A DNA stretch of 64,000 nucleotides. Source: Escherichia phage vB_EcoM_FB. The position numbers and the translations under genes were made by a program. The stretch lies in sequence record MT682711.1; one strand, written 5' to 3'. Below, one piece after another: positions 37,145-46,481 of this stretch. Numbering within the stretch: the first letter of the stretch is position 1; the number at the start of each line of letters is the position of its first letter. The notes beneath the pieces are model-generated. The model was not told the DNA's origin. It made no database searches and saw only the letters and a list, made by a program, of their open reading frames with translations.

Positions 37145-37284
37145 AAGCCAAGCGCCGTTATTGCAATGCAAAATAAAATTATTGAAATGAACCCGTCAGG
37201 AGTGGAAAAGAATCCTATCCAACAAGCTCGTGTGAATGTGTAGAATGCCATGAATAACACGACATATCCTAAAAGTAGTTCCAT
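37141..37284 (-). CDS. small membrane protein
   Basis: 47 aa hydrophobic ORF translated by hand; TGAGGAGAA SD; ATGA overlap with gp47 start. Confidence 0.45.
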   Translation of the reverse strand: MELLLGYVVLFMAFYTFTRACWIGFFSTPDGFISIILFCIAITALGL

Positions 37285-37325
37285 ATGTTCTCCTCAGTTG
37301 GTTCATTTTATCATCCAAATATAAA

Positions 37326-37350
37326 GCAAAAAAGGAGCCTAAGCTCCTTT
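37326..37350 (-). terminator. intrinsic terminator (hairpin plus U tract)
   Basis: aaaggagc-ctaa-gctccttt at 37331-37350, A5 on plus flank. Confidence 0.6.
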
Positions 37351-37512
37351 ACCAACTAATACACCGTACAGAGGTTCGTGATTAGACCTGAACTTGATAG
37401 GCTTATAGGTAATAGTACCTTCATTTTCTGCTTTAATACGAGCGGCTTCAAATTGAAGTATCATCTCATTTTTGTCAGATTTAATCTTATCAAAATCCAT
37501 CGAATTCGTCAT
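37339..37512 (-). CDS. hypothetical small protein
   Basis: 57 aa ORF translated by hand; AAGAGG SD; stop lies in terminator hairpin. Confidence 0.4.
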   Translation of the reverse strand: MTNSMDFDKIKSDKNEMILQFEAARIKAENEGTITYKPIKFRSNHEPLYGVLVGKGA

Positions 37513-37570
37513 TCATACAACCTCTTAAACTTTTTCGTATTCGTCTTTCATTAGCCGCCTGTCCACGTTA

Positions 37571-37771
37571 TCATCGTTGCCACCATTTCTTAAGTTGATG
37601 AGAATCTACCCAAACCTTGGCTACGGGCTCAATCCGAAAAATTCCATCGGAATACTGGCCGACCATTTTATATTCGGTTTCGGACTGCTTAATACAGATA
37701 TTACCGTATGAGCGAAGTCTAAAGGCGGCTCCAATAAGAAGCCGTTTAAAGGGTTTATTTACTAGGGCCAT
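37571..37771 (-). CDS. hypothetical protein
   Basis: 66 aa ORF. Confidence 0.45.
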   Translation of the reverse strand: MALVNKPFKRLLIGAAFRLRSYGNICIKQSETEYKMVGQYSDGIFRIEPVAKVWVDSHQLKKWWQR

Positions 37772-38066
37772 TGACGATTTCCCAAATTTGTTTGCGGGTA
37801 GATTCCCACATCAATTGAACAAGTTCATCAGTAACAGGTTGACGGTAAATACCACGTAATTTAATTAAAGCGTACTTATATGCTTCAAAGTTGTTTTCAA
37901 GTACAGCGCCTTGGGCATGGAGATTTAAACGACGGATTTCACGAGCATTCTTCTTAAGAATCTTAGCCGCTTGAGAATTAGCTTCTTTAATATTGTGCTC
38001 TTCTAAACGTTGCTGGGCTTCTTCAATTTGCTCATCAGTCAATTGAGAAATGTCATGGCTTTGCAT
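37755..38066 (-). CDS. hypothetical protein
   Basis: 103 aa ORF. Confidence 0.5.
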   Translation of the reverse strand: MQSHDISQLTDEQIEEAQQRLEEHNIKEANSQAAKILKKNAREIRRLNLHAQGAVLENNFEAYKYALIKLRGIYRQPVTDELVQLMWESTRKQIWEIVNGPSK

Positions 38067-38067
38067 A

Positions 38068-38334
38068 TTAATCCTTTGGAGTCAATTCAATAGTGAAGTA
38101 GAAATTAGCGTTCTCAACATGATAACGATAATCTACGTTATTGTCAGGAGAAGTGAATTCAATATTCCTGACGTTAAGTGGGTCAATATCAATAGGAAGG
38201 CCTTTAACATCCCGTAATATCAATTTAATAAAATAAGGGAGTGCTTCGAAGTCTTCCATTCCATCTAAAAGTGGAGTGATATTAATCTGATGTTCCATAT
38301 AAAAAATCCAGTTCACCAACTTTAGGTTCGGCAC
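38068..38334 (-). CDS. hypothetical protein
   Basis: 88 aa ORF. Confidence 0.5.
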   Translation of the reverse strand: MPNLKLVNWIFYMEHQINITPLLDGMEDFEALPYFIKLILRDVKGLPIDIDPLNVRNIEFTSPDNNVDYRYHVENANFYFTIELTPKD

Positions 38335-38839
38335 TCTTATCAGACCCTGGTGCTTTAGTTAAAGAGGTTTCATACTGAGTCATTTTGTCGTAGATATCTT
38401 GGATAAAGGTTTCATCTGCAATACCTACCATGTCGTCATCATTACTGTCATAGACATTATGGACGAAGTAGCTATATTTCTTTGCCATTTCTTTACGTTC
38501 TTTTTTGATACGCTGAACGAAGGCATTAAAACAAGCCATAGTGATATATGCATGTGGGTTGTCGTATTTTGTTTCGTCGAAATTGTGAAGACCTTTAATC
38601 GAAGCTTCGATTCCATCAGCTATCATTTCCTGCCGCCAAGATTGGGTATATCCTGAGAAGTTGAAACGCTTGCTGAGGCCTTCTGCTATAAGCATAATAG
38701 CCAATCCTATAGTATCATTTTGTCTAATGATTTTATTAGGGTCGGTGTTAGCATATAATTCCTGCTTCCAACTTGTAATAGCTTTAAGAAGCTCCTTGTT
38801 ATTTACATAATTATTTTTTGTTAACTTCACCTGATTCAT
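38282..38839 (-). CDS. 55: late-transcription sigma factor
   Basis: NYVNNKELL...[28 protein letters not shown]...[22 protein letters not shown] matches T4 gp55 as recalled; start set to ATG at 38839. Confidence 0.9.
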   Translation of the reverse strand: MNQVKLTKNNYVNNKELLKAITSWKQELYANTDPNKIIRQNDTIGLAIMLIAEGLSKRFNFSGYTQSWRQEMIADGIEASIKGLHNFDETKYDNPHAYITMACFNAFVQRIKKERKEMAKKYSYFVHNVYDSNDDDMVGIADETFIQDIYDKMTQYETSLTKAPGSDKSAEPKVGELDFLYGTSD

Positions 38840-39506
38840 AAGCCCTCTTAAACCTATCAACTAGTGGTCTAAAATTATTTATCGTATATGGATAACCTAG
38901 TTCACAGCATTTGCGCCAGAATTTAGAATAACTAGGGCGTCCTTCCTTAATCCAAAGTTCATGGAACTCATCATATAATACATATGTTGGATTTTTAGCA
39001 AACTTGGAATAATTCTCTATAGAGTAATATTCTTTGTTCTTTTTACTTTTGGCCTCTCTAACTTCAGGATTAGCATTATACTCTTTATGGATTCGACGCA
39101 TCATTTCTCGATGCTCTTCATTTTCCCAAGACTTTTTAATAGAGTTGGAAACCCGCTCTTTATATTCAGGGTCCTGCCAGCGTTCGGTAACTTCTTTAGA
39201 CTGTTCTTCAAGTCTTTCCGGTGTCGGAGGAGCATAACCACCTATACCACCAGGTTTCATATTGACGCAGTTAGTTATTTCGGACATGGCATTTTCTACC
39301 AAAAGCTCTTCAAATTCAAAAGCAAGCTCACTTGTCTCAAAATAACATAAGGCCTCTATATTAAAAGAGCATTTCCCTGAGGCCTTAGCATCTTCTACGA
39401 ATTTGCCACTACCGACATACCCGTCATCTATAAATCCGGTGTGTTTACCGAAATAGTAATAAGTATCATTTTCGGATTTTATAGTGGTCATATAACAATA
39501 GTGCAT
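38811..39506 (-). mobile_element. GIY-YIG homing endonuclease gene (Seg-like)
   Basis: 231 aa; N-terminal YYYFGKH...GYVGSG GIY-YIG motif; basic C-terminal tail; stop overlaps gp55 start. Confidence 0.6.
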
Positions 39507-39563
39507 AATGATTAATCTTTAATTTAAATAATGAATCTATTATATACCAATTGGCTTAAAGCA

Positions 39564-39827
39564 TCAACGGAGTAAGCAATAAGCCTGAAATACGGTTTCA
39601 AGGATTTGTGTGAACTCGGAATAAGAAATTGTATCAGTACATCCATGTTCAGACATATATCCACAAAATTCTTTAAAAAGACCTGGATATTCGCGATGGT
39701 TGTATTTGGAAATATGAGACTTCCATACTAAAGAAGTCTCACCACAAACAAACTCAACATCCATACAGTTATCTATTAAGAAAAATCCGAGACCTTCGTA
39801 GGCGAGGGTGGTGGATATGGGTTTCAT
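39564..39827 (-). CDS. hypothetical protein
   Basis: 87 aa ORF. Confidence 0.5.
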   Translation of the reverse strand: MKPISTTLAYEGLGFFLIDNCMDVEFVCGETSLVWKSHISKYNHREYPGLFKEFCGYMSEHGCTDTISYSEFTQILETVFQAYCLLR

Positions 39828-40090
39828 TGTAGGAATCGAGCTCCTTCCAAGGCATCATCTAGGTTATCGAACTCGTCGACGTAATCAACACCGCCAACCT
39901 CATCTTTTGCATACAGCCAATACTGTTTAAACTCGTATTCAATAATAAAGTGGTCGCCTTCAATTTGAAGAACCCCATCACCATTAAATTGAACTGCATA
40001 ACCTGTAAAGCGGACATCATTCAAGAGTTCTTCTTTCATAGCAATCATTTCCAAGTTTTTATCGTAATTAGAGAGTTTTATTTTAATCAT
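39824..40090 (-). CDS. hypothetical protein
   Basis: 88 aa ORF. Confidence 0.5.
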   Translation of the reverse strand: MIKIKLSNYDKNLEMIAMKEELLNDVRFTGYAVQFNGDGVLQIEGDHFIIEYEFKQYWLYAKDEVGGVDYVDEFDNLDDALEGARFLQ

Positions 40091-40416
40091 TTCGCTGCCT
40101 TAACAATTTTCAGGTCAACAAATTTTTTCTTACGTTGGTTTTTCATACGACGGATAGTTTTATCAGAGATTTCACCAGGGGCCCAAGCTTTAGATTCTAC
40201 ACCAAAGGCAGCGACATCGAATTCATCGAGGATATATTGAACCAGAATTTCACGAATACCGTTCTTACCAATTTTCTGGTCTTTAGAGTGCATGATAGGT
40301 AACAGTTCAGCAACCCATTGGTCAAGAACCTGAGGAGTTACAAAACCAGTTTTCATCAGTTCGTTTACTTTATCGAAAGCGAAAGAGTTCAGTACGTTTT
40401 TAATAGCTTGTGACAT
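40087..40416 (-). CDS. hypothetical protein
   Basis: Track ORF trimmed to ATG at 40416 (MSQAIKNV...) preceded by TGAGGAAATTATT. Confidence 0.5.
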   Translation of the reverse strand: MSQAIKNVLNSFAFDKVNELMKTGFVTPQVLDQWVAELLPIMHSKDQKIGKNGIREILVQYILDEFDVAAFGVESKAWAPGEISDKTIRRMKNQRKKKFVDLKIVKAAK

Positions 40417-40484
40417 AATAATTTCCTCAGTTTTAAAGTTATAATCCGTAGGACCATTATACTCTGGTCCCAAGAGTTTGTAAA

Positions 40485-40685
40485 CTATTTTTGACTCATT
40501 GCACCTTTCCAGCCTTCGTACATCATTGCGGCGGAAATTAACAAAGCGCCTGAACAACTTGAATATTTGTGATTCCAAAACCAGTTCAGAAAAACTTCGT
40601 CATCAATACCTTGGGCTATCATATTTTCAAAGAACTGACGACGAGCTTCAGCAATTCGCTGTGATAATTTAGATTCAGGATTCAT
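40485..40685 (-). CDS. hypothetical protein
   Basis: 66 aa ORF. Confidence 0.4.
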   Translation of the reverse strand: MNPESKLSQRIAEARRQFFENMIAQGIDDEVFLNWFWNHKYSSCSGALLISAAMMYEGWKGAMSQK

Positions 40686-40813
40686 ATTTTCCAGTTACCG
40701 TTTTCATCAATAAATTTAATCCAGTCATTTACTGACCACTTAGTTGTATCGCCTTTTGGAGCAGAATTTAAAGTGTATAATCCTTGTTTAAAAAGCATTC
40801 GTTTGATATTCAT
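40682..40813 (-). CDS. hypothetical small protein
   Basis: Track ORF trimmed to ATG at 40813 with GAGGAAAAC SD. Confidence 0.35.
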   Translation of the reverse strand: MNIKRMLFKQGLYTLNSAPKGDTTKWSVNDWIKFIDENGNWKI

Positions 40814-40820
40814 GTTTTCC

Positions 40821-41114
40821 TCAGCTGTAACGATAACACTCGTTTGATTTACGTTTTGCAACACGATGAGAAGTATTATAATCCAAATCATCCTCAACGT
40901 ATACATCTTTTTTCAACTGACGAACTTCTTTACGCAGTTGACGATTCATCTCATTCTTGACTTCTGAATCAACGCCACGCATACGCTTCCATTTGTCTGA
41001 ACGGAAGATATTTTCTTCAACTTGTTCCTGACTTACGCCGTCCGGTGCTTTACGACGTCCGGAATAATAAAAATCTTTTACAGACAATTCTTTACGACGA
41101 ATAGTTTTACCCAT
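40821..41114 (-). CDS. hypothetical basic protein
   Basis: 97 aa ORF. Confidence 0.5.
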   Translation of the reverse strand: MGKTIRRKELSVKDFYYSGRRKAPDGVSQEQVEENIFRSDKWKRMRGVDSEVKNEMNRQLRKEVRQLKKDVYVEDDLDYNTSHRVAKRKSNECYRYS

Positions 41115-41116
41115 AG

Positions 41117-41371
41117 TTACCTCAGCAGTTTGTATCCAATAAGATTTTTAATGTATTGGACATCTTTGACATCCAAATCTAACTTAATATCTTTCAGGCG
41201 TTCGGCCAGAGTAAGAAATGATACACGTTTCCAATTCTTAACAGGACAGCAATAAGTTTTCGGGCCATTGGCGATTTCAATATTCTTATCAGTGACGGTG
41301 AGAAAAATCAGGCGCTCATCATCCAGATTAAGGGTGACGACATTTTTCATTGAATGTAATTTCAGGCTCAT
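41117..41371 (-). CDS. hypothetical protein
   Basis: 84 aa ORF. Confidence 0.5.
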   Translation of the reverse strand: MSLKLHSMKNVVTLNLDDERLIFLTVTDKNIEIANGPKTYCCPVKNWKRVSFLTLAERLKDIKLDLDVKDVQYIKNLIGYKLLR

Positions 41372-41550
41372 AATTTGATTTCCTTAGCTATTGAACAAAA
41401 CACGCTACGGTCACATACCATCATTGGAATATTTCTATGGTCCAGTACACGATACCATACGTCTGAATCGCTAGCAGCAATTACACGAACCGCACGCCCA
41501 TTCACCAAATAATACTGGTCGGCTTTAATTTCTTTATCTTGGATAGTCAT
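41368..41550 (-). CDS. hypothetical protein
   Basis: 60 aa ORF with GAGGAGAA SD and own promoter. Confidence 0.5.
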   Translation of the reverse strand: MTIQDKEIKADQYYLVNGRAVRVIAASDSDVWYRVLDHRNIPMMVCDRSVFCSIAKEIKL

Positions 41551-41561
41551 AATGTTCTCCT

Positions 41562-41608
41562 CATGTGTTGATAGGATAGACTATAACACGTGAGGAGAGG
41601 AAGTAAAC
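41562..41608 (-). promoter_or_regulatory. early promoter (GTTTAC, TTATAG) with anti-SD in spacer
   Basis: gtaaac 41603-41608; cacgtgaggaga (41587-41598) complementary to SD region ttctcctcatgtg (41555-41567). Confidence 0.5.
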
Positions 41609-41609
41609 A

Positions 41610-41927
41610 CTAATCTTCAATTAAATCTTGGTCATAACCAAGTTCAATCAAAAGCGATTTGAAGGCAGGAATATTTTCTATTTTCTTATTATCGACAAAT
41701 ATGACAGGATAGCGTATCGCTAAGCTCTTGAAGCCTGCACGTTTGGCCAATGATACTATAAGAGGCTTGTCGTATACTGCGCCTGACGGCGTCTGGTTAA
41801 TCACAGGATAGAAAGTATGTAGGATAGAAAGGGAATTTAGGAGCGATAGAACAGCAATGCACCCTGGACAGCGCATGACTGTCTCAGGGATACCGTAAAT
41901 CTCAATTTTAGTTAACTTTTGGTCCAC
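41610..41927 (-). CDS. glutaredoxin-like protein (NrdH-like)
   Basis: 105 aa; CPGC redox motif. Confidence 0.5.
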   Translation of the reverse strand: MDQKLTKIEIYGIPETVMRCPGCIAVLSLLNSLSILHTFYPVINQTPSGAVYDKPLIVSLAKRAGFKSLAIRYPVIFVDNKKIENIPAFKSLLIELGYDQDLIED

Positions 41928-42204
41928 AGGAAATAACTCCTTGGTAGTCCCAAGTTTTTAGAACTTCGTCTTCATTAGTTCCGTATGGGACGTAAATCTG
42001 GATAAGGAACCCGGTATCATCAAAAGAGAAATAGACAGTAGGTTTAATACCATGAATCTCTGACAGAGCATAGATGTCCTTGAGGTCGTCTTCCTTACCT
42101 TTAAAGAATTCAGGGTTCAGGTCACAGTCATGGAAGTACCAATCATCACCAAACTTGTCCCAAGCGGTCCAATTCAAAGCTACATATTCTTCAAAACGTT
42201 TCAT
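41908..42204 (-). CDS. hypothetical protein
   Basis: 98 aa ORF. Confidence 0.5.
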   Translation of the reverse strand: MKRFEEYVALNWTAWDKFGDDWYFHDCDLNPEFFKGKEDDLKDIYALSEIHGIKPTVYFSFDDTGFLIQIYVPYGTNEDEVLKTWDYQGVISCGPKVN

Positions 42205-42428
42205 TCTTTCACCTTCATCATTTTTGCAATAACACTATGAACAGCCTGGATTCGTTTGTCGAACTCGGACCCTTCAAGACCTTTTTCAGTACTCAGAGCA
42301 CCAATAATCATGAACAGCAATCCAAACGGAATAGCCAGGATTAAAAGGCATACGATAAACAGAACTAATGTAATATTGGCCAAGATATCAGAAACAGCAT
42401 TACGAAATTTGTTCATTAAAGAACCCAC
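42201..42428 (-). CDS. small membrane protein
   Basis: 75 aa with hydrophobic TM segment. Confidence 0.5.
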   Translation of the reverse strand: MGSLMNKFRNAVSDILANITLVLFIVCLLILAIPFGLLFMIIGALSTEKGLEGSEFDKRIQAVHSVIAKMMKVKE

Positions 42429-42557
42429 ATGTTAGTTACAACAAATAACCATTGAGCAGGATACTCAACACCCATACGGCGGATAATATCATTCATAGAT
42501 TCAGCTAGAGCATAGAATGTATAGCCATAAAAATTAATCATTTAAGCGATTTCCTCA

Positions 42558-43631
42558 TTAAGATTTCAAATAAGTTATATAACTTTCCAACCATTCAATC
42601 ATTTCTGATTTTTCGGTGGCAGTCATAGGATTAACTATATCCTTAAAACTGTTAAGCATTACTTGGGACGTAACTTTTGTTTTTTCGGATTTTACCAATT
42701 CAATAGAGCTAAGTTTTTTAATATGCTCTTCTTTGCTTTCGACTACTAATTTAATAGCTCTTCCGTCTTTAATAGCTTTATTAGCCTGTCCACGGGTCAT
42801 ACCATAAAACTCTTCTAACTCAGAATTGGATAAAAATTTTGTGCCTGAAGAAACATCTTGGAATTTATAACGTTGACGAGAAATATCAGGCGGAAGGCCC
42901 CAGCGGCCTTTAATAAGGTCGAGGGTTCCTTGAAGAAGCCTGGTTAGATGGTTGCTACTTAAATCATTATTACGAGCAAACTCGTTTTGATTTAGAACTT
43001 CCACTGCTTTATTTTCTTCATAGTCCCATATAGTAAATTTAGAGCAATTATAGGTAACAGAATGTTTTTCTGTTCTAGAACGGCCTAATTGCCACCCAGA
43101 TTTAATATACTCAGCAACTTCATCGGGTTTAACATACTTAGTTTTCTGGCCGATTTTGTACATCATGGGCCAGGAAACGTGTTCGTTTCCTTTATCAAAT
43201 TCCATCCATCTTGCAATATCATCTTCGGATAAATCGTCAAAGCAGTTAGGGTTGAAATGACCGCCAATTTGTTTGTTGAGCCACATAGGGTCTCGTAAAA
43301 CATCATTGGCTAATTGCATTTCCATTTCGGCCATAAGGGTTTTACCCCAAGTAGGATACCACCCTACAATAAGGTACTCTTTAGGGCTTATACCCTTTTC
43401 TATCATTGCGTTTACTTCATTAGATGATGATGTATAGGTTTTCCAATCAGATTCCTCAAATCCTTTTTTAGGACCACGCTTAAATGTGCATGGCGCGGCT
43501 TTGATTCGTTTCCAAATCTTTTTAGCGCCAACATATTTTTTACCGTCTTCAAAAGTGATTACGTAGACAAACCCGATATGGTTTTTAATATCGGTTTCTT
43601 CAAATACCGCCCAATGACCAAAATCTTGCAT
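42558..43631 (-). mobile_element. GIY-YIG homing endonuclease gene (Seg-like)
   Basis: 357 aa; N-terminal GFVYVITFEDGKKYVGAKK GIY-YIG motif; long basic C-terminal region. Confidence 0.55.
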
Positions 43632-43669
43632 GACCTATACCTTTAATAATAATTAGATATAGGTATTTA

Positions 43670-43855
43670 TTATTTTTCAAATGTGCTATAGAACGAGCGA
43701 TGCAACCGTTTAAATTGGCGAATCATCTTTTTGGTAGGACGAGTATACAATCCTACGCAGGTGGCCATAAACTGGTCAGTAGGACTTCCTTTGATAAGAA
43801 GTTTCCAGACCTTACCACCATTTAACTTTTCGGTATAGACTAATTTAGTTTTCAT
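43670..43855 (-). CDS. hypothetical protein
   Basis: 61 aa ORF. Confidence 0.45.
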   Translation of the reverse strand: MKTKLVYTEKLNGGKVWKLLIKGSPTDQFMATCVGLYTRPTKKMIRQFKRLHRSFYSTFEK

Positions 43856-44028
43856 CAGAACGCCCTATCAGAAAAGCGAAGTTGAGCTTCAAGCCAATGG
43901 ATATAATCTGCCGCGGCAAAAATTAAATCAGATTCTTCATCAGATAACTTACGAGAATCTGAAAGCTCGTAAAGCGAATGTTCAATTAGACGGCCTTTAT
44001 GCCGACCTACTTCAATTTTTGTACTCAT
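43855..44028 (-). CDS. hypothetical small protein
   Basis: 57 aa ORF translated by hand (MSTKIEVGRHKGR...); TGATG overlap with the downstream gene. Confidence 0.4.
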   Translation of the reverse strand: MSTKIEVGRHKGRLIEHSLYELSDSRKLSDEESDLIFAAADYIHWLEAQLRFSDRAF

Positions 44029-44068
44029 ACCCAAACTCTATATCGATTAATTCATTGTTTGAAGGTTC

Positions 44069-44098
44069 ATTATACTCTATTTCGGAATCGTTGTAAAC
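44069..44098 (-). promoter_or_regulatory. early promoter (GTTTAC, 18 nt, TATAAT)
   Basis: gtaaac 44093-44098; rc 44069-44074 TATAAT. Confidence 0.5.
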
Positions 44099-44153
44099 GG
44101 GTTCCTCTGGCTCGGTAGGTTCTATCGTATCCCACCGAGCGACATACCATGGC

Positions 44154-44462
44154 TTAACGGTCACACCACCAACTACTTACTTCAAAATCAGGTTCACCGT
44201 GTTCCCAGTACCAAGGACCGACTGGATGCCAATCACCGTGTTCATCTTCTTCAAATTCTTCAGATTCAAGGCCAACGTATTGCCATTGGACTTCATAAGC
44301 AGTGCCACCGATTACAACGGTGTTCTCGCCATATGGATGAGCTACAGCAAAGTCTACACCTTCTGCTTTAGCCAGCCAAACCATATATTCGTATAGTTTA
44401 TATTCTAGGTCATCTTCGGTACCATCACCTAGAAAAATGGTTTGTTCGTTTAATTCAATCAT
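44154..44462 (-). CDS. hypothetical acidic protein
   Basis: Track ORF trimmed to ATG at 44462 (MIELNEQ...), ATGA overlap with upstream small ORF. Confidence 0.5.
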   Translation of the reverse strand: MIELNEQTIFLGDGTEDDLEYKLYEYMVWLAKAEGVDFAVAHPYGENTVVIGGTAYEVQWQYVGLESEEFEEDEHGDWHPVGPWYWEHGEPDFEVSSWWCDR

Positions 44463-44620
44463 TTGAAGTTCCAGAATGAAGCACCAACCAGAAATAAAGG
44501 CCAACAAATCATAGACGTCAGCCATGAACAAAAGTCACCTGAATCATCTAATTTAGCTAGGGTCTTAGCATAACCAATACCGATGATAAGATACAAAACA
44601 ACCAACATTAATTCAATCAT
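44459..44620 (-). CDS. small membrane protein
   Basis: 53 aa hydrophobic ORF translated by hand; ATGA overlap with nrdC stop. Confidence 0.4.
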   Translation of the reverse strand: MIELMLVVLYLIIGIGYAKTLAKLDDSGDFCSWLTSMICWPLFLVGASFWNFK

Positions 44621-44880
44621 TTGAAATACGCTCGCAGTTGGTCAAAGCCACCAATATGACTTCCATCAGGGGCAAATACTTGCGGCATGGTCAAACCGAT
44701 TTGAGATTCGTGACCAAGCGCAGCCAGGAGTTGAGCAATCTTCTCATCATCAAATACGCCTTTTTCCGGCATCACGTTAATGAATTCGTAAGGTTGTTTC
44801 TTAACATCAAGCAGACGTTTGGCATTATCGCAGAAAACACAACGGTGAATATTTGAATCATAACCATAAACTTTAAACAT
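44617..44880 (-). CDS. nrdC: thioredoxin/glutaredoxin NrdC
   Basis: 87 aa; MFKVYGYDSNIHRCVFCDNAKRLL... closely matches T4 NrdC as recalled, including the CVFC motif. Confidence 0.85.
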   Translation of the reverse strand: MFKVYGYDSNIHRCVFCDNAKRLLDVKKQPYEFINVMPEKGVFDDEKIAQLLAALGHESQIGLTMPQVFAPDGSHIGGFDQLRAYFK

Positions 44881-44881
44881 T

Positions 44882-45118
44882 TTAAATTCCTAATATTTGT
44901 TTGAATGCTTCAGAACGGTCAAGTTCTGTTCCATATTTTTCCATGTGCTCATATTTTAAATTATACACATCAGATAGTATATTATTATACGAGCGAGTTA
45001 AAGCAGATTTCAATACTGAATAACTGTCCGGAAATTTACCATGCTCTTTATAATAAGCTAGAGTAAGTTCTCGGACTGCCTTATCGGCAGCCTCTACATA
45101 TTCTTTACGCTTTGCCAT
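44882..45118 (-). CDS. hypothetical protein
   Basis: Track ORF trimmed to internal ATG (MAKRKEY...). Confidence 0.45.
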   Translation of the reverse strand: MAKRKEYVEAADKAVRELTLAYYKEHGKFPDSYSVLKSALTRSYNNILSDVYNLKYEHMEKYGTELDRSEAFKQILGI

Positions 45119-45416
45119 TTTCGTCTCGCTCAAATCGGTGTTTACAATGGCGGCATTTGTAACGAAGATTACTAGTCCGCCAATGGACCAATTGAACCTG
45201 TTCTGTGCCGCACTTAAGACAGTTAGGAACATTCTTAGAAGCTTGTTCTCGTCGTGCGACCATAGCCATTACAGCATCCCAATTAACGGCATCACCATAA
45301 TCATCACAACCATGAATTTTACCAACCAATTCAACTTCAACATCCTCGGCTTTAATAAATTTCAATAAACCAGTATTAGATGCTGAAGCAATATCTTCAG
45401 CTAAACGTTGTTTCAT
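45105..45416 (-). CDS. zinc-finger protein
   Basis: 103 aa; C-terminal CLKCG...CRHCKH. Confidence 0.5.
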   Translation of the reverse strand: MKQRLAEDIASASNTGLLKFIKAEDVEVELVGKIHGCDDYGDAVNWDAVMAMVARREQASKNVPNCLKCGTEQVQLVHWRTSNLRYKCRHCKHRFERDENGKA

Positions 45417-46423
45417 TTCAGCAGCTCCAGAGCCTGTTCAAGACGGTCTAAACGATTGGTAGACTCTTCCAAAAGTTTTTTGGCAGCAGTATATTGTCCG
45501 GCCAGTTTTTTGTTGATAGCAAGGGCATCTTTATACGCTTTTTCTAAGGCAACGACTTCTGGTAACTTGGATTTAGTAATTGGTGTAGGGGCCATGATAG
45601 GGCCGTTCAAGTCGTTAATCAAATCTTCTAATGTAGCAGGCTCTTTATCAGTGTTCACAATTTCCTCACATTTTTCTTGGTAAATTTCAGCGTCAGTTTT
45701 TGGAACGGTACATTTGATTTCACGGACTGTTACTAAGACTTCATATCCTTTCCAGCCTAAGTGGTGTTTAACTTCTTGGGTCTCATATTTCTCTACGGTA
45801 TCCATCAGAGCTAAAGCCTGTTCGATAGTATTCAAGGTATCGTAAGCAATATCTTGATACTTTACAACTTCCACATCATCTTTAGGTTTCCTATTAGGTG
45901 ACCAAATAACAGAAATAATAGCTTTTCCTTTATAACTATTTGTTTTAATCATGCAATTAGCCATCGGGTGAATAGTACGACAATCACCGGAAACTATAGT
46001 TTTAGAGGCCGCTTTGAGAATTAATGCAGAGTTAGCCTTGAATTCGCTAACCCAACGTTGCGGAAATAAACTATTAGGGTCCATACCTTTAATTTTGATA
46101 TAACCTTTTATGGTATCACCAAACCATTTGTAGCTAACAACACGGTTGGAACCTGGATATTTCTCTTTGCCAAACTCTGAAAGGATGTCCTTATTGACCA
46201 GTCGCGAAAGCAGTCGAGAACCTTTAAATGTTTTAATGATATCATGAACGCACAAACGGCCTGCAATCTTTTCGATTTCGGCTTTGAAACAGCGCGATAA
46301 TGCATCATCAATTTGGTCGACCCATTTATTGATATTAGAAACTATTACCACATATGGGGTTAATGGAGGGGTATTGGCAGTGATATACGTAGTAAAGGCA
46401 TTAATGTATTCAGTACGAGTCAT
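45413..46423 (-). CDS. hypothetical protein
   Basis: Start moved to ATG at 46423 (GAGGAGAA SD) because the promoter -10 lies between the two candidate ATGs. Confidence 0.55.
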   Translation of the reverse strand: MTRTEYINAFTTYITANTPPLTPYVVIVSNINKWVDQIDDALSRCFKAEIEKIAGRLCVHDIIKTFKGSRLLSRLVNKDILSEFGKEKYPGSNRVVSYKWFGDTIKGYIKIKGMDPNSLFPQRWVSEFKANSALILKAASKTIVSGDCRTIHPMANCMIKTNSYKGKAIISVIWSPNRKPKDDVEVVKYQDIAYDTLNTIEQALALMDTVEKYETQEVKHHLGWKGYEVLVTVREIKCTVPKTDAEIYQEKCEEIVNTDKEPATLEDLINDLNGPIMAPTPITKSKLPEVVALEKAYKDALAINKKLAGQYTAAKKLLEESTNRLDRLEQALELLK

Positions 46424-46450
46424 GATATTCTCCTCAGTAGATTTAAAAAG

Positions 46451-46480
46451 ATTATACTCCATCCATCCTTGGATGTAAAC
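46451..46480 (-). promoter_or_regulatory. early promoter (GTTTAC, TATAAT)
   Basis: gtaaac 46475-46480; rc 46451-46456 TATAAT. Confidence 0.55.
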
Positions 46481-46481
46481 A

